Shown piece after piece: positions 36,990 to 46,424 of a stretch of 46,424 nucleotides of DNA. The notes beneath the pieces were generated by a model that did not search any database, was not told the DNA's origin, and saw only the letters and a program-made list of their open reading frames with translations. Source of the stretch: Catajapyx aquilonaris (taxonomy: Eukaryota). The translations under genes and the position numbers were made by a program. The stretch spans positions 1-46,424 of the forward strand of contig JYFJ02003122.1 in assembly GCA_000934665.2 (NCBI GenBank). The letters are read 5' to 3'. The stretch's first letter is position 1. Each line of letters opens with the position of its first letter.

Positions 36990-38065
36990 CAGTACCCTGC
37001 ATTAATGGCTATGCACAGACATCGCCACCTGGCAGGATTGTGTGGAACTAGGCGTCGGTGGGCTGTGTCCAGCCCCCGGACACTACCTCTACGTTCTTTT
37101 CTTATCGCCTGTCAGGGCGTTTTGCAGGAGGTGATCACCTGAGAGCTCCATGAGACATTTCAGAGCACTGGTATGTGGCGACCCTACCAGACTACGCTGA
37201 ACTTTATAGGTACAAAAGGGAAGCGCTACATTGCGGGACCCAACATGGTCGCTGGCTGCCTTGTTGGGCCCGCATGTAGCGCTTCCCTTTTGTACCTATA
37301 AAGTTCAGCTTAGTCCGGTAGGGTCGCCACATACCAGTGCTCTGAAATGTCTCATGGAGCTCTCAGGTGAGCACCTCCTGCAAAATGCCCCGGCAGGGGG
37401 TAGGTGGAGGTGTCCAGACCTTAGTATTCTATGACCATGGCTGTGTCCAAAATACTTTGATCTCAAGACTGCTCATGAGACCGCTCTAGACGGCTCAAGA
37501 TATCGTGGTGGATAAACAGGTATTCGCATGGTCCGTGTAATAACTGGTTCACAACCTCAATGCATTGATAGGAATCGCAATGGCCTTATAATTCATCCCA
37601 CAGATATATCAGTGATCCGCTGTGATCCATCTTTGTAGCAAGAGTTTGAATCACGGTCATAGAAAGTAAGGTCTGGTCACTCCCACCCACCCCCTGCCGG
37701 GGCGTTTTGCAGGGGGTGCTCACCTGAGAGCGCCATGAGACATTTCGGAGCCCAGGTAAGTGGCCGGCCATGTTGGGCCCGCATGTAGCGCTTCCCTTTC
37801 GTACCTATAAAGTTCAGCCTAGTCTGGTAGGGTCGCCACTTACCTGGGCTCCGAAATGTCTCATGGCGCTCTCAGATGAGCACCCTGCAAAATGCCTCGG
37901 CAGGCGATAACAGCAGAATGTAGTATAAGTGTCCGGGGGCTGGTTTGAATCAACCGTGATATCTTGAGCTGTCCAAGTATTTTGGACGCAGCCCACTGAC
38001 GCCTAATTCCGCTCGTTCTCGGACAGGTGGCGATGTATGTGCATAGCCATTAATGCAGGGCACTG
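36990..38065. mobile_element. TA-flanked MITE with two internal hairpins
   Basis: TA|CAGTACCCTGCATTAATGGCTATGCAC...GTGCATAGCCATTAATGCAGGGCACTG|TA; internal IRs 37115-37390 and ~37694-37903. Confidence 0.88.
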
Positions 38066-38542
38066 TACATTACAGTACCTTTTCACTTCTCACAATGCAA
38101 TGCCTCAAGACTATCTTAGAGAAGGCGTACCCTACAACCCTTCATGAAAACAATCTTTTGCGGATAATTGAACGGTTCCGTTACAAAACATTGATGTTCC
38201 AAAAATGTGGGAAATGAAACTGAGATACCCATTCAGTAGGTTATTTTTACAAGTGATCCACTGGGTGTCAAATTGGGACTATCCCCGTGTTGCCCCATTA
38301 TGAGAAGACACTGCAGTATCCCCACTTTCACCACAGGCGACAGTGACACTGATGTATGAAAACTCTCCAAATGATCACCAGGATACGTTGTGAAGCATTT
38401 GTACTTCCTTTTTGATCCACCATTACATACGTATATTTGCCCGTCAAAGTGTCATTATTTGCAAGTTTTTCCGATCGTCCAGATATTCCGTTGCAAAACA
38501 TCGAGCTCCCTTCTCCTCCACCCGTCCACCCTTTCACGAACT

Positions 38543-38748
38543 GTACTCGTTACCAACCTAACCTCACGCACGTGGTCACCGATGTCACCATTAATGCAAC
38601 GCTGTTCCTTCCTGTCCGTGACAAAGGAATACGCAGACGGTCGATTAACACTCACATTATCATTTATATCACAAATGTATGCCGTATGATTTAATGACAA
38701 CATTGTTTGTGATACCACAAGTGAGACGTTAGGTTGGTAACACGTACC
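38543..38748. repeat. Degenerate inverted repeat (old MITE core)
   Basis: gtactcgttaccaacctaacctcac / gtgagacgttaggttggtaacacgtac. Confidence 0.55.
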
Positions 38749-39996
38749 GTCCGTGGAGGGAGGGGCGGGTGGAGCAGAGGAGGGCTTGATGATGTGGGTC
38801 AGGAGTATAATAAATCAGACAGTAGATAGGCATTTAGGTCCTGAAAACAGTTAAAATAGGCTCTTAAATGGGTACTAAAAATCAAGCAGGTCCTAATTTA
38901 TTTTCAGTCCCATGCCTACTCTTGGCTATGTAATTTTGCAACACAGTAACAGATTAGCAGCTGTTCCCAATTTTAGTTTTTTTAAAGTATTTGTTGGTGA
39001 TGCCTGTGTGACAGTACTACTTTATACGCTGAAAATGACCTTTCGACGCCACACAAAGCAACTCGATTGTTCTTGAAAAGTTTAAATGTCTTGCACAGCC
39101 AGTTCATCCGGCATGTCTGTAGGCTACAGCTTCTTCACTATTCACAGGTTCAAGCAGGAGGGATGACTTGAACAGAAAACACATAAAAACTGCCAAAAAT
39201 GTTACGAAAAGGCGTCAAATAGGTGAAAATAGGCACTCATAGGCCATTTAGGTTCCAATGTCCAAAATAGGCAATTTTAGGTTTTATAACTACGATTATT
39301 GAGGTCCTTGTATTATGAAACGGAAAACGGATAGATATTTTGGTTCCAGTGTTCTGCCTACAAAATAAAAAGTAGGTAAATACCTAGAAATCCATTCTTT
39401 CGTTATGAACCTCATAGCTAAATACGGTGAGACTTTTGGCTTCAGTTTTCCAAGGGCAGCGTTCAACACACTATCAGCATTTTATGGCACTTTTGATGTT
39501 GTTCACCACATTAAAATGCACCTAAGAGATGGAGTTCCAAAGCCTTGGTGCTCTAGTAATTAAACTCATAGAAAACAGATCTGAGATCACAAAACCATTC
39601 GAACATAGGTAACACAAAACTTCACCTTTTAAAAATTTATTACTGTTAAATGATGACTTACACACCAGCAACTTTGTCACATGCTTATAAAGAATTTGTG
39701 TACAATCGTGCAAAGGGCTCAGACATTCACAGATTTCCCAACTGTTCAAAACAAATATCCACTGGATACCAATTGAAATGTCCATAATAGTTAGCAATTT
39801 GTTTGCCCTAAACAGCTTGTTATTTAGCAGTTGCTTCAGAACAAGCACTTTTCAAAGTTTTCAAAATTATTACCTTCTGTACTATTACAGAGGATGTTTC
39901 TTACTAGTATATTATCTGGTCTGTCTACCCCTTATAGGGAAATGTTGTGATGGTGGTGATGTTATTGTTGTTGTATATTATCTGGTCAGCAGCGTA

Positions 39997-40280
39997 CAGT
40001 GCTAGACATTAATTCCGTCGTACTGCTAGCAACATTTTCCTATGCGGCAGAGGTGCAAAGTGAATTGATGGAGTGTGATCACCATGCGAGTTAGAAATGG
40101 TAGGTCCTGGGTTATGTCACCAGCTGGGGGCAATAAAGAAAAGGACTTGCCCCCAGCCGGTGACGTAACCCAAGCCCTACCATTTCTTACTCACATGGTT
40201 CGCACTACATCAATTCACTTTGCACTTCTGCCGCATCGGAAAATGTACTAGCAGTACGGCGGAATTAATGTCCAGCACTG
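39997..40280. mobile_element. 284-bp fully palindromic TA-flanked MITE
   Basis: TA|CAGTGCTAGACATTAATTCCG...CGGAATTAATGTCCAGCACTG|TA. Confidence 0.88.
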
Positions 40281-40282
40281 TA

Positions 40283-41125
40283 CAAGGGCTGTTCAATAAA
40301 AGACCAAGCTTTTGCCATAAAGACTATATTGCTCATTTTACAACATTTTAAGCACTGTCCCCATCAAAGTATTCCCCTCTACTTGTGATACACTATTCCC
40401 AACATTTCTTCTATCATTGGAATGCTTCCTGGAATACACTTTCTGTGATGGCTCTTATCGCCTTTTCCTGAATCCCCTCTATGGTTTGGAAACGACATCT
40501 TTTTAAAGTGGTTTTAAGTTTGGGAAATAGGAAAAAGTCTGCTGGGATTAAGTCCAGAGAATAGGGTGGATGGGCACAATGGAAATCTGATAGCAACATT
40601 TGAGCCAGAGCATTCTTGTGGTGCAAACTCCAAGTCTAATTTTCCCACAATTCAGGCCTCTTCCTGTGCACAGCATCCCTCAAATGCACTAAAACTTCCC
40701 AGAACAGTACAACTGACATATTCATAATGGACAATGCCTTTCCAATCAAAAAAGACAGCCAACGATCACCTTGATCTTTTACTCGCTCATCCATGCTTTT
40801 TTGGTCGAGGGACCCTTTGCCCCATATTCTATTAGATTAAGAGACTGAAATGTCTCTGTAAAATAATTTCCACGTTTGCAGCAAAATTTCACCCACACGT
40901 TCTTCACACCATGTGATTTTCACTTTGTCACTAATTCGACGAAGAGCTTGTGCATGTGCTCACTTCAGCAGATGTAGTTCAACTAATGCTCATAGCAGAG
41001 AGGGGCAAATGGCAGTTGGTCAAAACCTGTTGCTAGGTTCACTCACATGTCGGTAGCCACAGCGAGCTCTCTGTACCAGTTGACATGCTATTTAAAAAGT
41101 TCTGTCTTCTTATGAACACCCCTTG
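40283..41125 (-). mobile_element. Internally deleted mariner element
   Basis: TA|CAAGGGCTGTTCAATAA...TTATGAACACCCCTTG|TA; ORF 40414-40626 HPPYSLDLIPADFFLFPKLK matches the mariner YSPDLAP.D motif. Confidence 0.88.
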
Positions 41126-41188
41126 TATTCTTGGCCAAAAACAGGCCAAAAATGTAGGGGTGAGAAATGTCGAGGGAACTATCATTAA

Positions 41189-41977
41189 CCCCTTCAGCCC
41201 CAGATCGGCTCGAACCACACCGTTTGCGGCTTACGCGTACTCCGAAGATATGGACAAGATATTTTGCAAATAATAACAGCTATACTTACGAGATCTGGGA
41301 AAAGCCTATGAATGTGTCTGGAACCATTTTACTCGTCCAGAAGTCCCTAAATTAACTTCCAAAAAAGGACTATAATAACTCGAAATTGGACTACTGCCGC
41401 CCAACTTTTAGGCTGATTTAATTATGAAATGCGTGAAAATATGCGGAATAACAACCATGAGAACCATCCCAGACGAATTTGCTGAAATTGTCGTGCTTTG
41501 CGAGAAATAAATTAATATTTATTTGCGGCTTTCTAGCACTTAGGAAAACTCCTAAATGAGTATGAGATGAATTTTCTGAAATCGTCGTACTTCATGAGAA
41601 ACAAATAAATTTTGGAGTTTTCCGAAGTGCCAGAAAGCCGCAAATAAGTATTAATTTATTTCTCGCAAAGCACGACAATTTCAGCAAATTCCTCTGGTAC
41701 GGTTCTCAAAGTTGTTATTCCGCATATTTTCACGCATTTCATAATTAAATCAGCCTAAAAGTTGGGCGGCAGTAGTCCAATTTCGAGTTATTATAGCCCT
41801 TTTTTGGAAATTAATTTAGGGACTTCTAGACGAGTAAAATGGTTCCAGACACATTCATATGGTTTTCCCAGATCTTGTAAGTATAGCTGTTATTATTTGC
41901 AAAATATCTTGTCTGTATCTTCGGAGTACGCGTAAGCCGAAAACTGTGTGGTTCGGGCTGATCTGGGGCTGAAGGGG
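41189..41977. mobile_element. piggyBac-like fold-back MITE with ~360-bp arms
   Basis: TTAA|CCCCTTCAGCCCCAGATC...GATCTGGGGCTGAAGGGG|TTAA; near-perfect long arms. Confidence 0.9.
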
Positions 41978-43435
41978 TTAATGATAGTTCCCTCGACATT
42001 TCTCACCCCTACATCTGGGGGTTAAGAGGGCACTACAGTCAAAATCAAGGGTTTTGTGAAAAATCGCCAAAAAAAAAACAATTTGAGACAAGAAGTTGGG
42101 ACTTCATTTTCATGAATGTACATAAGTCAAAGACCTATTAGCGCCTATAATCGAATCACGTTCGTGTGTTGAAAGGCCGCCAGGGCCACGTGACGTCACG
42201 CCACTGCGGGCACGATTTAGGGCGCTGGGGTCAACCTACATCCGTCAGATTTGACCTCAGGCTTCCTAAGCATGTAGTTTTCGTTTGACCTAGAATTTAT
42301 AATTTTTGAAGTCGTTTTAGTATTTTTTTGTCGATTTCAGAACGATAACTACAAAATTAAGCAGTTTTGAGAAAACATTTACTAAAGTTACAAATAGAAG
42401 TAGTTCGAGCTGGTTAATTCTTTTAGGCCCAATGATAGAGCCATGTTTGAGGATAAATCTGGTGAAGTGGGAAGTCCATAGCTAAATTTTTGTGGCCTGG
42501 GCGATGCCCGCAGTGTCCAAATCCGGCAAACTGAGAAAAACCTGTTTAAAGTTAAAAGATTCCAAAGGTCATTGCCAGGCAAGGTTGCCAGGCGTCTTCC
42601 CGACGCCTGGCGCCATGAAGGTTATTCCCAGAATGTTACATAATTATCTCAAAATCATTTCGTATTGATTCTGCAATTGCAAAAATATGGACTGAAATCT
42701 ACATTTTAAAAGGGGCTTACCAAGACAAGATAGGTTTTTTGTGGGACACCTATTTTGTTTTGTTAGCTTAGATATTTGATACATAGATGCTTGATAGTGT
42801 ATACTAGAAAAGTAAAAGCTACAATTTTCAAGCTGGGATCCTGAGCTGAAATATGGGACTCAAAATATTTTTTTCAACAGCAGGTACTAGGAACCTGCAA
42901 TAATTTTTATTTGTTTTAATGGCATTGGCAGACAACGGCCATTTTTTGTCACATTGTTCACTAATAGGGACACTTAATTGACAAGGTACCCCATTGTAAT
43001 ATCCCATAGGAAAGGACGCCACACAATAACCAGTATTGTGCAATCATTCACTGTTGTCAACAACTCAGCCCAGCCAGTACAGTCTGTTTTACAAAGCATT
43101 ATCCAATCCCTTCCCTTTACCTTCTTTCATCTGCAAGCATCTGACCAGTGCTCCAGATTTTATGTATAATCATGTTTATGTCAGGTACAGGAAGCAATCG
43201 CTGGCACCCCTATTTAGGGACAATCTGCGATGCAGAGTGAATGAATCAATGCAGTTTATTAAATATTAATTTTAGGGCCAGTTGCATTAATTCAGTAAGA
43301 ATTCTGGAGAAAACTTCATCGTGCATTGTGAATATCAGTACATAACAGAGATTTTCCCTAATTTGCATTCACACAACCAAGCCTTATAGCCAGTTAGGAG
43401 GAAATCTCAGATTATATTTTATTATGAATTATGAA

Positions 43436-43692
43436 GGGGAGGTGTGGTGGCCGAGATGGTAACGTCTCGGCTTGCTGAATGAAAGGTCCCAGGTTCGATC
43501 CCTGCCTGGGAGTTCCCTTCCATCTGAGTCGGGAGGGTCTTTGACCTGCACCTTGGAGGTGTCTGGCAACCTAACCTCCTGGGGGACTGCACATGGCCCA
43601 AAGCAGAGACATTGCTTGTACCCGTGTCCCCTCCCCGAAAATCCCTATCCTTACCCAATGTCCTTGATTCCTTGCACCAGAGTGAAGAAAAA
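43436..43692 (+). mobile_element. tRNA-derived SINE related to 31847-32196
   Basis: TGGCCGAGATGG A box, GGTTCGATCC B box, shared gttccc and agagacattgc body motifs. Confidence 0.75.
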
Positions 43693-44559
43693 GTAATTAT
43701 ACAATAGAAAACTGATAGTAGTGTGCCACCCCCCCCCCTCCCCCCACAAGGCCTTAGCTTATCACAGGGTTTAAAAAATATACATATAAAAAATATGCAT
43801 TGTGAATAACTATACATAACAGGAGATATTCCACGATTTGCTTCCATATAACAAGCCCTTCGGGCTAGTTGCAACAGGGAAAGATTCATGCTTAGGTATG
43901 GGTCTACTCTTGTTATTGTTAATTCATTGTTGCCAACAATTAATAACAAGTCTAGACTCATATCAAGATGCCCGGCAGTGTATCTGTCAAGTCTAGGCCA
44001 CTGCCACTGACCCAGACTAGCCCTTTCTCTCCTTTATTACTCTTACGTCTCGCGCTTCCGTGCATCCTTTATTGGAGCGCACTCGCTCTCTACATTTCGG
44101 CATTTTCTAGTTCGGCACAGGAAAATGATGCAACTCTGAAATTTTAATGAGACAATGGGGCACACCCAGGGACCCTACAAATAAATTTTTGTGAAATTTG
44201 GACCGCTAGGTCCACACCAGGAGAGGGCCCAAATTGGCGTTTTTTGTCTGATTCATATATAGCCTATATACACCTAAATATTGTATATATATTGTATATA
44301 TAGTCTCTATATATTGTATATAGGGGTGGCAATAATCAAAAAGATTGACCAGTTCCAGTTATCATACAGATCCCAAATTTTGTACAAAAATTGGTCCTCG
44401 TCTGAAACCTGGGAAAGTCCAATACCGGAAGTCGGCCATTTTGGGTCCAGACTGCCGCCATGCAAACATGAAAAATTTTTAGAGAATTCATAGAGAATTC
44501 TAGAGGCTAGACGTGTCTTTCTCTCGCTCCCTGTTCCAAACCAAACTCTTGGCTTGGGT

Positions 44560-44900
44560 GCAGTTGGGTCTGTAGTCAGTGTTACATACCACCCCGATGC
44601 GCCACAAAAAGTTAAATCCATAAGAATTAAATTTTCTTTCGGTTTGGAACACGATCTACTACCGGTCAAGAGCAAATCTGAAATTATGGCAAACGCATTC
44701 ATCCATAGGAAACAGGTCCCCTTAACAATAGCTTACGGCATCACAGCCAGGGTTTTAGCTTAGACATTATGGACATTGGCTAGTCACTTCTCTGTTGTGG
44801 TCAAGCGTATGAGGCCTTGTCTCGAGTCAAAAAATGGGATGGAATTCATCTAATCAACTTTGATCCCACTCAAGTTAAAGCTAACGAAAAAGCCATTTAA
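44560..44900 (+). pseudogene. Helitron-type PIF1 helicase C-terminal remnant
   Basis: RKQVPLTIAYGIT, frameshift, then QGFSLD...*...GQAYEALSRVKKWDGIHLINFDP, matching PIF1 motifs V-VI (QFPL.LAYAIT.HKSQG.SL / GQAYVALSRV). Confidence 0.8.
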
Positions 44901-45440
44901 CGGAATGTAACAGACAAAGACTTAAATTCAGGGCGGACCGTTGCAGTTTCCAATTCACTCATTCTAAGAGGCATCCAAAGGTCCCTGACAGAGTCTGGGC
45001 TGCATCCAAATATGTACCCCCGCGAGCATAAAGATGGAGACGGCAGCCCTTTTTTGACCTTTCTTTATCCGACTGAAATTAATGAACTCTTTTTGGACCG
45101 ACTTAGCTGCATCAGGCGTGTGTTCGTGTATTTATGACAGTATATTTGATACCGTAATAGGTGCAATTGGCAGAGCAGCCTGCCGAAGGTGAGGGCCTGC
45201 CATCTCCATCTTTATGCTCGCGGGTGTACATCAGGTTCAAGAGGATAACCAAACAGATCTCCAATGTCAAGTCTCAGACCCTGCTGCCGGTGGTCGATGT
45301 GGTCGGGGGGGTCGTGAACAAAAAGGTGGACACAGCGCCAATAGATTCTCGGGACAAGGACATTGGCCATATACTCTGAGGCAGATAAGTTTTTACTTTC
45401 TCCGTGTCATTCATTCATTCAACTTAACAAGAAGTGGCGA

Positions 45441-46138
45441 GATCCCCTCCAAAACCGCACTCATAAAAAACCCGCCAAGTCATCTGCCGTACAAAGTCGT
45501 GAGATCGTGGTGGACGCCAAGCCTTTCTTTGAGCCTATAAGCTAAGTGAGATGACTTGGCCGGAATTGGTTCACGGGCACTAGGAACAATGAGATACACG
45601 GATTAATACAATAGAAAGTCAACTTTTAACACTCATTGGTAGAGCAATTACTCAAAAATGTGACCTTCGAATGGAATATTTACTTGTAACTGTCAATGGT
45701 GGAGCAGTAACGTAACAACTCCACCTTAAACGTCCATAGTTCCTTGGTTCATTAGAATCATTAAGAATATACTTGGACCTCTGATTTGTATCACAAGAAC
45801 TACAAAATGTCACCTTCGAACCGCACATGATTAGAACCGCAGATGATTACTATCGCGGTTTATTAGACTGGAAAATTGAGTCGTACAGCTTATTGGGAGA
45901 ACAGTAACTTGACCAAATTCCAGCGGACTGAGCGCGTATTGTTCCTCGTGCACGTAAACCAAGTCCGGCCAAGTCATCTCACTTAGCTTATAGCTTCGAA
46001 GAAAGGCTTGATGTCCACCACGATCTCACGACTTTGTACGGCGGAGTGGACAAGGCTTGGCGCCCAGACACTATCTCACAGGTTTTTATGGCAGACAACT
46101 TGGCGCATTTTTTATGAGTGCTTTTTTGAAGGGGATTC
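45441..46138. mobile_element. Element with ~120-bp imperfect terminal inverted repeats
   Basis: 45441-45563 is the reverse complement of 45964-46138 apart from one insertion. Confidence 0.7.
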
Positions 46139-46328
46139 AAAGCTTTACATTGGGGTGATGCAACCCATCCTCAGGAAACAATGTGTGACTCAAAATATGC
46201 TGTCATTTACCAAAGCTATCAAATAATATTTAAAAAATTAATAATAAATAAAATAGCTATAAGATATGAAAATTATAGCAGGTTCCAAGCATCATCTGTA
46301 ACCATTTGAATCTTGGAAAAATTGCTAA

Positions 46329-46424
46329 TATCCTCCTGAGACCTGAGAAGAATTTTTTAACGCAATGTCAGTTCCTATTGCATTTTCTGAACATGTTCCC
46401 AATAAGAAACAAGAAAAAAAATTT
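46329..46424. mobile_element. Left end of a TATCCTCCTGAGACCTGA-family MITE, possibly running off the window
   Basis: Same terminus as 27376-27505. Confidence 0.5.

Noticed and set aside
43422..43961. 179-aa minus-strand ORF as a cic upstream exon
   Set aside because: It runs through an antisense SINE and low-complexity DNA, with no Cic similarity.

Overview
Eukaryotic genomic DNA, most likely from a non-dipteran insect or other arthropod (inferred from the protein sequences and TE types). It holds two convergent intron-containing genes. On + is neuroendocrine protein 7B2 (PC2 chaperone; 8 coding exons, 4935-6500, ~316 aa). On - is a long-isoform capicua (cic) HMG-box repressor (13 core coding exons plus one putative cassette exon, 35645 to 12412, ~2195-2246 aa). 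I rebuilt both gene models by hand from splice signals and reading-frame phase. Introns and flanks are packed with non-autonomous TEs: TA-, TTAA- and 8-bp-TSD MITEs (many almost fully palindromic), two decayed mariners, tRNA-derived SINEs and a Helitron helicase remnant, often nested. I found no prokaryotic system and no CRISPR array, and nothing here can be claimed as a new biological system from sequence alone. The best leads concern cic RNA processing: a perfect AG|GTAAGT recursive-splice motif opening an in-frame-skippable N1 exon, a probable GC-AG intron, a symmetric cassette exon, a candidate distal first exon, and about nine long fold-back hairpins in the pre-mRNA. TE superfamily labels rest on terminus and TSD patterns only.
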